NCBI RefSeq assembly: GCF_016432865.1
Contig: NC_067400.1
Span: 613,056,001 to 613,120,000 of the forward strand
Reading direction: 5' to 3'
Length of the DNA stretch: 64,000 nt
Origin: Antechinus flavipes
Lineage: Eukaryota
The translations under genes and the position numbers were made by a program. Each line of letters starts with the position of its first letter. The first letter of the stretch is position 1. Below, piece after piece: positions 24,400 through 36,954 of this stretch. The notes under the pieces are model-generated. The model was not told where the DNA came from. It searched no databases and saw only the letters and a program-made list of their open reading frames with translations.

Positions 24400-24660
24400 T
24401 CTGAAAGGCACCTCGAGGGACTTCTACTCCAATGTCTCAGTTTTACAGATGAGGAAACTGAGGCAAACAGAGAGAAGTGATTTACCCAGGGTCACACAGC
24501 TAAAGGTTTGCCATTTCCTGCTCCAATTCAGTTCACAGATGAGGAAGCTAAGGTGAACAAGCTTAGGTGACTTGCCCAGGTTCACACCGTTAGTCCGAGG
24601 CCAGATTTGGAAGGCATGGGTGGAATTTGAACCCAGGACCTCTGACTAGCTATTGCTCTG
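24400..24660 (-). mobile_element. Tandem MIR/CORE-SINE fragments
   Basis: Two CORE copies (TTTTACAGATGAGGAAACTGAGGCAAACAGAG; CACAGATGAGGAAGCTAAGG..GGAATTTGAACCCAGG). Confidence 0.65.
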
Positions 24661-26762
24661 CCCACTCTGCCAGGCAACAGTTCCTTGTCTCTGATTTATT
24701 TTGTCCTTCTGTGTAAATGCCTGCGTGTTTGTAGTCCTGGAGACGGAGCCCCACTTCTTGCTTCTTCAAGCGCTGTGCATCGGGTCCAAGCCTTCCCATG
24801 CTTGGGGTTCAGGCTATATGGCAAATGGGGAGAACCTAGGAGTGGGCGGGAGACAGAGGGAGGCACCCGGAGGAAGAAGAAGGGGCATTTCAGAAAGCAA
24901 ACAATTCCACTGTCCTCCATCTCAAGTCAGAGTTTCCGTGACCCCTTTTGAGACACTGAGCCTGGATGCTCCCAGAATCCTGCTTGGCCATGGGGAAAGG
25001 GGCAGGGCCAAGCTCTGGAGGGCCTAAAAGCATTTCCACTGGTGCTTCCAGGGGAGGCAAAGAAGAGGGACACAGGGAGGGATAATCACCTGGGAGAGCG
25101 ACATCTCCCCATCCCCATCCCCGGGAACTGTGAGATTGCATTGCCGGATCCCCGTGTTCCTGCACCCAGATTGCCTGGACTTGCTGCCCCCACACATTCC
25201 CAGGCTGAGGGCCTTGAGGCCATTGGAGTTTCCCAACAGTGTCTGTCCTCCCCCAGAGGGAGCTGGCTCCCATCCCTCCTGCCCGACTTTCTGCTCAGAT
25301 CATCCTCTAGAGTGGAGGAGCAGAACTCCAGGGACAGTCCCCCCACCCCCCACCCCCGGGGGCCCTGGCACAAGGTGGGAGTGGTGGCTGGGTGGCCAGG
25401 ACAGCCAGAGTCTGCTCAGATGCCCAGCTGGGCGAGAAGGAGGAGGAGGAGGAGGAGGGGTGTGTGGAGAATGAAGGTTTCCATAGTTGGGATTGAAGCA
25501 GACTGGCTAAGTTTCCCGTGGGAAACTGTGGGGAAGCACAGTCTCAGATCTCTCTGATGGCTCTGATGGGGTGGAAGGGAGCGTGGCAGTGCCCTCCGTG
25601 GCCTGCGTGGAGCACAGCACGACCAGGCCTTCTAGAGTGGGAATGGGATGTGGGAGAGCCCCGGGAACAGCCCCCCCTTTTCCCAGCTCCCTTCGGACCG
25701 TTGCCAGGGCTGATCCTCCAAGCCCGGGCACTCCTCAGCCAAAGGCAGGGAAGGGATGCCCAGCCCCCATTCCGCCCTCTATCCACTCTTGGGCTTTTAT
25801 GGGGAATCGAGGGCCATCCCAGCCACCCTCACCCACTATATATTTTTTCTTGTGAGTCTGTGGACCCTGGGGAGCCTGGGGACAGGAGACTGGGACACCC
25901 CCAGCCCCCGGAGCTAGCGAGGCTGGATGCTGCTCCCCATCCCACTGGTGTGCCCTTGGCTGCCTCCTCCCCTCGGGACTGTCTCACAGGCCCCTCTCCT
26001 GGGGAGAAGCCCCTTCTCCCTTTCTCTTGGTTCCCCAACCCATCTTGAACTGGAGATCAGATAACCCTGGCCACACTCAGCTGCTCTTAATCAATATCCT
26101 CCATGTTGTCCCTCTACTGTGTCCTCTGGGACTCTGTTCTGTGGGGGTTTGTTATCATTAAATACATTTTATTGCACTCTTTTATTTTTAGACCATCTAT
26201 ATTTCTCCCATATTCTTCTCCTAGCTTCTTTTTAATTTCTTTTAATGTTTTGGTTTGTTGTTTTTTTTTTTTAAAGAAAAGGAAAGAAAACAAAAGTCCC
26301 ATAAAACCAACATATAAAACCCTATTCCCTATTCCATAGCCATGGGGCCCCACATCTATCCTCACCTATTAAGTCATTCTAGATTTCTTTCTATTGTCTA
26401 GATTTCCTTCCACATCCTATGGCTCACCATGAACCTCCTTTCTCCTTAATCTACTGCACCTCTTGGACTCCCCCCAGTCACTCTGGCTTCTCCCTGAGCA
26501 GTTCAGTTATATGGCTCCCAGAGAGCCGGGGCTACCCAGTACCTGGAGAGCTGGCCAGGAAATTGGAATTTAGGGCCCAGCCCAGACACGTACTCCTTGC
26601 ATTTCCCTGAACAAAGCATTTAATCGCTCGATTCTCCCATTTCCTACAGCTCTTCCTTGTCCCTGAAATGCTGTCTCTCTGTCTGTCTGTGTCTGTCTGT
26701 GTCTATGTCTGTGTCTGTTTCTGTTTCTCATTGAACTGTTAACTTCTTTCAAAATTCAGCTC

Positions 26763-27542
26763 AAAATCTGCAATTATGCCCAAAAAGTTATCAAATTGTG
26801 CATACCCTGTGATCCAGCAGTGTTTCTATTGGGCTGATATCCCAAAGAAATACTAAAGAGGGAAAGGGACCTGGATGTGCCAAAATGTTTGTGGCAGCCC
26901 TGTTTGTAGTGGCCAGAAACTGGAAATTGAATGGATGCCCATCAATTGGAGAATGGCTGGGTAAATTGTGGTATATGAATGTTATGGAATATTATTGTTC
27001 TGTAAGAAATGACCAGCAGGATGAATACAGAGAGGACTGGCGAGACTGACATGAACTGATGCTGAGTGAAATGAGCAGAACCAGGAGATCACTTTACACT
27101 TTGACAACGATATTGTATGAGGACATATTCTGATGGAAGTGGATTTCTTTGACAAAGAGACCTAACTGAGTTTCAATTGATAAATGATGGACAGAAGCAG
27201 CTACACCCAAAGAAGGAACACTGGGAAATGAATGTGAACTATCTGCATTTTTGTTTTTCTTCCCAGGTTATTTTTATCTTCTGAATCCATTTCTCCCTGT
27301 GCAACAAGAGAACTGTTCGGTTCTGCAAACATATATTGTATCTAGGATATACTGCAACATATCTAACATATATAAAACTGCTTGCCATCTAGGGGAGGGG
27401 GTGGAGGGAGAGAGGGGAAAAATTGGAACAGAAACGAGTGCAAGGGATAATGTTGTAAAAAAAAAAAAATTACCCTGGCATGGATTTTGTCAATATAAAG
27501 TAATTATTAAATAAAATTTTAAAAAATTAAATAAAATTAAAA
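26763..27542 (+). mobile_element. Young 5'-truncated L1
   Basis: Very similar to the copy at 19017-19811. A-rich tail; TSD AAAATTCAGCTC at 26751-26762 and 27543-27554. Confidence 0.92.
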
Positions 27543-27989
27543 AAAATTCAGCTCCAATTCCATTTAATTTTTGTAACCTGTCTCCCCTACAGCTTCCTCC
27601 CTTCTGAGCAAATTAAAACAAAACAAAGCAAAACCTTTAATACAGAGCTACAAAGATCAGTGTTTTGTAGTTTTTTTAAGTCCTGCACTGGCGATGTCCA
27701 AAAACAAATGTTTCTTTTTGCTTTTTTAAGTTCACCACCTTTCCAGCTGGGGGTTGGGCTTTCATTTTCCATCTTTTGGACTCGAGGGTTATTACCATGT
27801 TTTTCAGAGTTCTGAAGTCTTTCGGCGTCGTTTTCCTCGGCGACTTTGTTTGTGTTTACGTCAACTTCCTGTTCTGCTTCCTTTGTATCAAGACATTCCA
27901 GTCTTCCCAGTTCCCTTTGAAATGATCCATTTCATCATTTCTGATGACACAATAATTTTACATTACGTTAATATACCATAATTTCTTTT

Positions 27990-28460
27990 TTTTATTAAAG
28001 CTTTTTATTTACGAAGCATATGCACGGGTCATCTTTCAACATTGTCCCTGGCAAAACCTTCTATTCCAAAATTTCTCCTCCTTCCCCCTCCTCCCCTAGA
28101 TGGCAACTAACCCAATATATGTTAAATATGCTGAAATACATGCAATCTAATATATGTAAACATAGTTATACAATGATCGTATTGCACAAGAAAAATCAGA
28201 TCAAGAAGGAAAGAGTAAGAAAATAAAATGCAAGCAAACAACAACAGAGAGAGTGAGAATGTTATGTTGTGATGCACCCTCAGTCCCCACAGTCCTCTCT
28301 GGGTGTAGGTGGTTCTCTCCATCACAAGACCATTGGAACTGGTTTGAATCGTCTCGTTGTTGAAGAGAGCCACGTCCATTAGAATTGATCATCGTATAAT
28401 CTTGCTGTCGTGTACAATGATCTGGTTCTGCTCATTTCGCTCAGCATCAGTTCACATACT
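27990..28460 (-). mobile_element. L1 3' end inserted in older L1-like sequence
   Basis: T-rich tail TTTTATTAAAGCTTTTTATTT, L1 3' UTR text, flanked by ATAATTTCTTT duplicates (~27979 and ~28460). Confidence 0.75.
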
Positions 28461-28574
28461 ATAATTTCTTTCCAATTTTTGGCTTCCACTAAAGGAGCTG
28501 CTCTCAATAACTTAAATATTGAGTATTGGTATAAATAAATCTTTTCCTTCTTTCTTTAATTTTTTGGGGAAAAA

Positions 28575-28800
28575 CACACATACATGTATATATGTCTATA
28601 CAATCACATACACAGACATATATCCTATATATACACATGCACATAGTATTTATATTATAATGTATATATTCTATTTATACACATACACACAGTATACTAT
28701 AATGTATATCTATTGTTATATTCCATAAAACACATATATGTATTATGTATATTATATTCTATATGATACACATGTGCAACATATATACACACACAAACTC
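28575..28800. repeat. Low-complexity (AT/AC)n tract
   Basis: Degenerate TATA/CACA alternation over ~220 nt. Confidence 0.8.
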
Positions 28801-29984
28801 TAGCAGCTAGTGTTGCTGCTGGCTATGATCATACTAACCAGAGTGATTTAAGGATAAGTATCCTTTCACATAGATCATCCCATTTGATCCTCATCTAACA
28901 ATAGTTCTCAAAGGTGAGTGTTGCTATTATACCCATTTTATAGGTGAGGATGTGAAAACTGACAAAGAAATATCTGGTCTAAAATAAATGTCAAGGTTGG
29001 GATTCAGACTTAGATGTTCTGACTGCAAGGTCCAAGCTCCGTTCAGTGGATCCCACTTGGAGACTGCCCAAGAGAAGATCATTTTCTTCTGAGGCTTATT
29101 GACCATCCAGGCATTCAGATGGTATCGAGAAGCCAAGAAAGAGCATCTGTTTTCTTTTCGTCATCAGGAAACCATCCCCCCCCCCCATACTCCATATAGC
29201 TTAGGATGGATTGATCAAATATTAAATGAATATTAATGTTTATTATTTTATTACATAAAATTATTTTATTATTAATAATAAACTAATATTCTTATTTAAG
29301 ATAAATAAGAATATTAATAATAAAGCATGGCATTTACTAAACATTCTGTTTTTGACACACACCCCTGTATCTTAGAGACAGTTCACTTTCTCAGGCTCAG
29401 GTCTCTTCCCTCGGTACCCAGAACCTCAGACATTTTCTGAATTGAAATCAGGTAGCTTTACTGTTTATGAAATAAAGTGCCCCAGTACGTATTAATTCCT
29501 TTCCCCAGTATGCAAACTGGCTTCCCAAAGTTTCAGGGAGGATGAGATTTCCTGAACTTACACAAAGCGGGGACATTTACTGCCACTGGGTAAAAGTAAA
29601 ATGGGGCTGATGGAAAGCTCCCCGGCTGAGCAATCCCCCCATTCAGAGTAGCTGATTTGATTGAGTCATGGCTTAGAGTGCTCGCAGGTTTTCTGCATCC
29701 CACACTCTTGCTCACACTGCTCTGGCCCTGACATCTCCCCTCCAGAAGTCCATAGTAGAGGGAGAGAGGGAGACAGGATAGAGCAGTTGAAGAGGAAAAA
29801 ATGAATTCAAGGGCAGGTGGAAGGAAAGCTTTTCTCCTGTCTTATTCTTGCAAAAAGGACCCGAGACAGGCCCTTTCCTGCACTAGAAAATTGGAATTTG
29901 CTCTGCAGTTTGGCTTGGAATTGTTCCAGACCTCTGGGGGAGAACCGTTCAAAGGGGTAACGAAAATAAAGGCGATCACACACT

Positions 29985-30430
29985 CTTCGTGTGGAAAAGA
30001 TGAAAAGGTATCGCTTAGATCGCAGAGCACAACCCGGGGAGTTCAGATCTGGCTGGATAGCACTAATCAATGGGGTGGCGGCTCGACGTCGATCCAGAAA
30101 ACGGTCTCTGGTGGAGCGTCCCAGGGAGCTGCGCTCGACCCTGTCCCGTTAACAGCATCTTGGATAAAGGCAGGGATGGCTCGCTTATCAGATTTCCATA
30201 TGATCCAAAGCTCGAAGGATTAGTTGACATACAGTTTGGATTCAAAAAGATCTTGGCAGGCTAGAACAGAAATGGGTAAATGGAGTTTAATCAGGAAAGA
30301 AGTCGTAGGTTTAGGCCAGAAAAATCATTTTTGTAAATACTAGATGACGACCTGAACAGACAGAAGCTTATCTGAAAAAGACTTGAGGGTCTTCGTGGAT
30401 TCGAAGTTCTCCAGTTTGGGAGCATGTTTT
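29985..30430 (+). mobile_element. CR1/L3 reverse-transcriptase relic
   Basis: Degenerate ..VSGGASQGAALDP.. resembling the CR1 VPQGSVLGP motif, followed by LIRFPYDPKLEG (cf. LIKFADDTKLGG). Confidence 0.7.
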
Positions 30431-31469
30431 GTGGGAGGCCCTGGTGGGATATCCAGAAAGGCAGTGTGTCGTAGTGGTTAGGGTTCAACAATCCCACCTC
30501 TGATACTCATTGTCTGTGGGACCTGGGAATTTAACAAGATTTTCTGAGTCTTAATTTTCTCATCTGAAAAATGAGCTGGGAGGGGGTAGATGATCTCGGG
30601 GGTTCCTTTCATCTCCAAATCTTTGATCCCGTAGAATGATGGGAGGGCCCCCAGATAGCCGAACAAAAGAGTCAGAGATGATACACGGCAGGATTACAAA
30701 CTCACCTGCCTTGATGACAGGACTTCCCTCTCCCTCCCTCCCCTTATTGTGCCCCAAATCCTCAGAATCCCCGAGTCTTCCTTCGGCCTCTCTTTTAACC
30801 ATTGTCCGACCAGGTGTCTCAGAACAAGACATTGTGTATATACAATAACCGACAAAGCTGGTACATCACAAAAGACATTTTGTCGAACACGATGCATTGT
30901 TTGTGTGGGAGAGGATGTGCGGTATTTAGCCGAGAGATCCAGCATTTGTAACAAGGCATTCCCGGTGTGATCCCTGCCCTCCCGTCTCCCCGCTTCGCGC
31001 TTTGGCTCCCATCTTAGATGGGTCCCATTACCTGGTGTTCAAGCCCAGCCCCGGGGAAGCCTCCTGTCCCCACCCCTCACTCAGCAGCACGCCGGAAAGC
31101 GCTCTCGGGGACCCCCAGGAGCTCACTCCAGCTCTCTTAAGGTTTTCCAACTACTTGGTTTGAAGCTGCCCAGGTGGGTTCCCCGAGGGCAGGGCAGGGC
31201 TGGCAGCCAGTGCAGAAGAACTCTGCCCAGACATAACTACTGGGACATTGGAAAGAACCTCGAATCTGGGGGGAGAGGCCTCTGGCTCCAGGCCAGGCTC
31301 TCGGCTTAGGCTGCCTGGGCCAAAATGCTTCCTTTCCCAGCCTCGGTTTCCTCATTTGTAGAATGGATTGTCCTCTGAGGTCCCTTCGGGGTCTGTTTCC
31401 CTTGTCAGGTCTGTCTTCTCTCTCAGAGTAAACCACGTGCAGAGGAGTCCGCTCTCCCCCTTTCCCTAG

Positions 31470-31471
<2 letters not shown>

Positions 31472-31502
<31 letters not shown>

Positions 31503-31705
31503 TGTATATATGCATGTATGTGTGCACATATACATATGGCAACAGAGACCCACATGGATGTGTGTGCATGGGCACATTCATGTGTCTTGCATGTAAATGT
31601 GTATTGTGAATAGCCGTTGTACGCATGACCATGCATGTAGAAGGCACACACATTGTATACATGTGTACATACAATGTGCATGCATGTACGTGCGTGCACA
31701 TGTGA
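31472..31705. repeat. (GT)n microsatellite running into a long alternating purine-pyrimidine tract
   Basis: Pure GT at 31472-31500, then TGCATG/TACA/CACA alternation. Confidence 0.85.
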
Positions 31706-32550
31706 GTGGGATGAAGGCTACAAGTCCTCCTCCGATTGTTTTGTGGCCAGACTGAAGTTGGTCTCCAGGCCTCCCAGCTCCCTGCCTCCCATTCCTCTTG
31801 TTGTATCCTCCCCCGGCCTGCTTGGGGGCTCACTCCTTACTACCGAGGGGCACTGGAGGGAGGCTGAGCACTTTAGGTTCTGAGCCACAGGGGAGCACCA
31901 TAATGCCGGAACCCCGGGGAGCTGGGACAGGGGAGCCCTTCCTTGGACCTGAGAAGGAGCTGAGGGACCATCAAGGCCAGCCCTTCATGGCACGGGGAGA
32001 AGGAGCCGCACAGAGAAAACAATTCTCCTGCCCAGAGAAACAAGCAAGTTAGTGAGAGAACCAGAGCCCCAGCTCAGGGGGAGCTGATCTGGGCAGCTGG
32101 GCTCAGGCCTGGGGGTTCTGAGCGTTCCTGGGAGAGCCACTACTCCACCTCCTAAGAGGCCTTGAAAGATAGCCCCAGCACCCCAGCCCCCGCAGGGGAG
32201 ATGGACACGTTAGCATCTTTTGCCGTTGGGAACATCCCCTCCCAAAGAAGCTCTCAGCCTTCTGGGACACCCCGCTTGGGAGGGGGCGGGCTGCCACTCT
32301 CCCCTTTCAGTGTGTGATAGGAGGCGTTTCTAATCTGCCCTTCTCCAGAAGTTCCGAGCCAGCTCTCAGAGAGAGGATCCGAGAGGAGACTCCAACTCAT
32401 ATCCTGGGATGGGGATCTTTGGACAGGAGAGTGAGACTCAGGCCTTGGAGACTTCTGTCCCCAGGTCATCTCTAGAAAGGGGGAGCAAGATGTGTTTCAT
32501 GTGACTCAATTAAGTCAACGTTCTTTAACCTAAAAAAAAAAAAAATTTGT

Positions 32551-32850
32551 TTTGCCATCACCTTTATTTCTAAACACTTCTAAAATATATATTTATCTAA
32601 ATATCTTATTTATAATTTATCTAACTGATTTATAAATCCCTCCCCTTTATCTCTACCAAAGGTTTGCCGTCACCTTTATTTCTAAACACTTAAAAAAATT
32701 ATTTATCTAAATATCTTATTTAGAATTTATCTAACTGATTTATAATCCCTCCCCTTTGTCTCTAGCAAAAGTTTATCATCACCTTTATTTCGAAATACAT
32801 TTAAAATTTATTTATCTAAATACCTTATTTATAATTTATCTGATTTATTT
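32551..32850. repeat. AT-rich ~110-bp tandem triplication
   Basis: Units begin TTTGCCATCACCTTTATTTCTAAA (32551), TTTGCCGTCACC (32663) and TTTATCATCACC (32772). Confidence 0.85.
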
Positions 32851-33238
32851 ATAAATTAATTACATAATATTATTACGAGGAATATTATACAATAATTATT
32901 ATAATTTATTGAAATGCTTTATTTCTTTTTAAATAAACTTCTCCTCTCCTAGCCAGACACCCAGCCCTTGCAACAAGCAAGCTTTAGTGAGACTAAAATA
33001 TCCCCTGAATGTCGGCGATATTCCACACCCATTGCCCCTCACCTCTGTGAGGAAGAGAGAATCCTGCATTTTCTCCCCCTGCTTAGTCATTGTAAGTACA
33101 CGGCGTCCAGTTTCAAAGTTTTGATTCTTTCTGTTTCCATTTTTGTAGCTTTTATGTACTTTGTTGTATATGCTTTTTATCTTGTTCTTGTCCCTCTGAC
33201 CGCGGCCTCCCCCTCCTTCGAGTCAGGATAAATACGTT

Positions 33239-34060
33239 TGTAAGTAGCTAGTCTAAAGGGACAATAGCAGGAGGTAAGATTGGGGAGGGGACCCTGGAAG
33301 TCACATGCAAATCTTCCCAAAGATCAAAGGAGCAGAATTTACAAAATGCACCAAATATTAAGCGGAATCCCCATGTTGGCACTCTGTGGGGAATCAGCGA
33401 AGGCCTCTAGGGGCTGCTCTGGAGGTTCTGGGTTCTGGGATATGTAAATCGCAGACAAATTCCAGATTTCCACAATTCCAGACCAGTAGAACTTCAAAAG
33501 GTGCTTTGGGGGCAGCTAGGGGGCGCAGTGGATAGAGCACCAGCCCTGAAGTTGGAAGGACCTGAGTTCAAATCTGACCTTAGACACTTAACATTTCCTG
33601 GCTATGTGACCCTGGGCAAGTCACTTAACCCCAATTGCCTCAGCAAAATTAAAAAAAAAAAAAAAAGGTGCTTTGGGATGACAGGTGCGGGATGACTTGT
33701 GGATGATTGGAAACATTAATGAACTATTCTCAAGGGGGTGTAGACAACCCTATAAAATTAGACCTCAAGTCCCTGTCCCCTCCCAGCTCTCCATCAGGGT
33801 CCAGGCTGCCCCTCTCCCATGGCTGGCAGAGTGATATACTCTGCCCTCTGCCCCATCCTCCCCTCCAACGCCGCCTGCCTTCCTTCGCCATCTGCTCCCT
33901 CCACCGTCTGCCTCTGTGTCTCCTTTGTGGCTCGTCCCTGCCTTTCATGACCATGTCCTCTGTGCTTAATTAAAATGGGATTGCCATCCAGTAGGGCAAC
34001 CTGGATGCCAGTCGTAGTCCCAAAGCACTGGTTGTACCTGCCCTAGTTTCATAATTTCAT
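33239..34060 (+). mobile_element. Possible solo-LTR-like relic (interrupted by a SINE)
   Basis: Starts TGTAAG; ATGCAAAT at 33305; TATAAAA at 33751; pyrimidine-rich R-like stretch; ATTAAA at 33969. Family not recognised and no TSD found. Confidence 0.3.
33508..33662 (+). mobile_element. Young tRNA-derived CORE-SINE (WSINE1-like)
   Basis: GGGGCAGCTAGG start, A box (GGCGCAGTGG), B box (GAGTTCAAATC), A-tail; 15-bp TSD AAAAGGTGCTTTGGG at 33496-33510 and 33663-33677. Confidence 0.9.
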
Positions 34061-34715
34061 AAATTAAGCATTAATCCAGTTGTTGCCTTGATTCATTGTG
34101 CCCACGCTTTTTTTTTTAAACAAAAAAATCATTTTTATTGACATGTCGCCTACAATTTAACAATGTGTTTCTCTTCTCCATTCTTGTCTCCCAGGAGCCT
34201 CCCCTTCTAACCCAAAATCAGACAGGAAAAGCACTTGTGCAAAATCACCCATATATTGAAAGAATCCAGAATAATGGAGAGTGTTGCATGGGGTAGCACC
34301 CAGTCCCCTCCTGGGAGTGGGGGGCAAGGGGGGCACCACCTTCTTCGGAAACTCTGGGCCCGGCCTAACCACTCATTATCATTTCGTTTTCTCTAAGCTC
34401 AGTGACCCTGCTGTTGGCATTCTTCAGCGTTTCTCTGCCAGAAGTTTTTTTATTCAGCATGGACTTTGTTCCAGGTTCTGGGGGAGGGTCAAGGATGAAG
34501 GACATGAAGTCCCGGCCCCACAGAGTCCAGCCAAGGTCAGAATTCACATGGGACATGGGAGCTGCTGGGAAGCCGATTTTATTTCCATATCATCGAGAAC
34601 TTTTTAAAACTCCAAATATCCCTACCATGGTACAGTCTGTCTTTTCAGGTAGTGAGCTCCTCCTCCTCAGTACCAAAATAACAAAGTTATTTGCCTTTTT
34701 AAAAAAAAGAGTTGG

Positions 34716-35133
34716 NNNNNNNNNNNNNNNNNNNNNNNNNNNNNNNNNNNNNNNNNNNNNNNNNNNNNNNNNNNNNNNNNNNNNNNNNNNNNNNNNNNNN
34801 NNNNNNNNNNNNNNNNNNNNNNNNNNNNNNNNNNNNNNNNNNNNNNNNNNNNNNNNNNNNNNNNNNNNNNNNNNNNNNNNNNNNNNNNNNNNNNNNNNNN
34901 NNNNNNNNNNNNNNNNNNNNNNNNNNNNNNNNNNNNNNNNNNNNNNNNNNNNNNNNNNNNNNNNNNNNNNNNNNNNNNNNNNNNNNNNNNNNNNNNNNNN
35001 NNNNNNNNNNNNNNNNNNNNNNNNNNNNNNNNNNNNNNNNNNNNNNNNNNNNNNNNNNNNNNNNNNNNNNNNNNNNNNNNNNNNNNNNNNNNNNNNNNNN
35101 NNNNNNNNNNNNNNNNNNNNNNNNNNNNNNNNN
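34716..35133. other. Assembly gap (N run)
   Basis: Ns in sequence. Confidence 1.
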
Positions 35134-36369
35134 TCAACCAACATATCAATTGTGGTGGATGGGAAATGCAATATTTCATACCTATTTTGTAGAGTGAATG
35201 AAAGTGATTTTTTTCTCTCTCTTCCCTTCCTCTTGGGGTCCAGCTTGGTTGTTATAATTACACAGTATCCAGTTTTGTTTTGTTGTATTGTAATTGTTGT
35301 GTATATTATTTTGAACAGAGAAACTCAGGGTCTGGGGTGGGGGTGGTAGTAGTTAGGGAGGCAGACAACTTTCATTCAAGGCTACTGGGGAAGGGTAATA
35401 GAACTCCCTGGGATACACAGAGACCCTAGCCCTTCCTTGATCCCAGGACTGAGAGCTCGCTTTGTTCTGTATCTGTTCATAGAAGTCTCCTCATGTTTCT
35501 CTGAATTCTGGTCATTCTGTGTGGTACAACAATGATCCTATCTCAGTCACTAACTGCGTGACCCTGGTCCAGTCACTTAACATTTCCCCGCCTCAGTTTC
35601 CCCGCCTGGACAATGGAGATAATGATAGCATCCACGTCGCACAGGATTTTGTGAGGCTCAGGTGAGACAATGTCTGCATTGTCAAGGCTTTTCAAACCCT
35701 TGCACGTCTATAGAAATGAACGCTCCTTTTATGACTCGGGCCCTGGCTATCCTACCTGGCACAAAAGAAATACATTTCAGCTAATCTGCTAATAAATAAA
35801 TGCAGAGAACAAGTACTTAAAAAGAAGAAGAAGAAAAGACCATTTATCCCAGTTTTTAATTTAACCAAGTCCCCTCCTCTTGGGTGCACACACCCACATC
35901 TCACTCATGTTCTGACGGGTCCTGGATTGCAAACTCTCTCAGGCTCAGCCCCAACTTGGGCTCCGGCCCGGGGAGCCCTGCTCTGACTTGAATCTGGGAT
36001 CTCCAACCTGTCCCTCCCTGAACCAGCTCCAGCCCTCCCAAGTCAGCTTCTTTCCATCTGCCCTGCCTGCTACCGCACCCTCCTGGGAGGGTTCACCCTC
36101 TTGGAACTCCTGCCCTGGGACCCTCCCTGTCCCGATGAGTCCAGCCCACGGCTCACTCCCCGGTGCCCCTCTGTGTAACTGCCAGCCACCCTACTCCCCT
36201 CTCCCTTTGCCCCCTTCCAGCTCCAGACCTACTATTCCTGGATAAGATTTGTCAGTTAAATCCCCTGGGGTTCTGCTCACCATTGCAGTGACTTCTCACA
36301 TCTTCCTGGCCACCAGCTCACCTCGGAAGCCATCTTCCCTTTCTTAATATTATAAGCTCAAAAACACCC

Positions 36370-36954
36370 ATAAATGTCATGGAATATTATTGTTCGGTAA
36401 GAAGTGACCAGCAGGATGACTTCAGAAAGGCCTGGAGAGACTTACACGAACCGATGCTGAGTGAAACAAGCAGGACCAGAAAATCATTATATACTTCAAC
36501 AACAATACTATATGATGATCAATTCTGATGGACTTGGCCCTCTTCAGCAATGAGATGAACCAAATCAGTTCCAATAGAGCAGTAATGAACTGAACCAGCT
36601 ACACCCAGGGAAAGAACTCTGGGAGATGACTATGAACTACTACATAGAATTCCCAATCCCTCTATTTTTGTCCGCCTGCATTTTTGATTTCCTTCACAGG
36701 CTAATTGTACACTATTTCAGAGTCCGATTCTTCTTGTACAGCAAAATGACGGTTTGGACATGTATACGTATATTGTATTTAACTTATACTTTAACATATT
36801 TTACATGTATTGGTCATCCTGCCATCTGGGAGAGGGGATGGGGGAAGGAGGGGAAAAATTGGAACAGAAGGTTTGCAACTATCAATGCTGAAAAATTACC
36901 CATGCATATATCTTGTAAATAAAAAGCCATAATAATTTTTAAAAATCAACCTAA
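36370..36954 (+). mobile_element. 5'-truncated L1 3' end (older subfamily)
   Basis: GATGACTTCAGAAAGGCCTGGAGAGACTTACA..ATCTTGTAAATAAAAAGC; TSD AAAAACACCC (~36360 and ~36955). Confidence 0.85.

Noticed and set aside
30814-30951. Phase-0 reading VSQNKTLCIYNNRQSWYITKDIL.. as a divergent galectin last exon
   Set aside because: Spacing does not fit the VxVNGxHxxxYxHR..GD pattern, and no upstream CRD exon was found.
33508-33662. A/B-box elements as tRNA genes
   Set aside because: They carry CORE sequence, A-tails and TSDs, so they are tRNA-derived SINEs, not tRNAs.
36316-36333. Minus-strand ATG GCT TCC GAG|GTGAGC resembling a galectin first mini-exon, with an AT-rich TATA-like element upstream
   Set aside because: No downstream galectin exons (PG..I.G, HxNPR, WGxEER) found on the minus strand, and an L1 sits ~40 nt upstream; probably chance.
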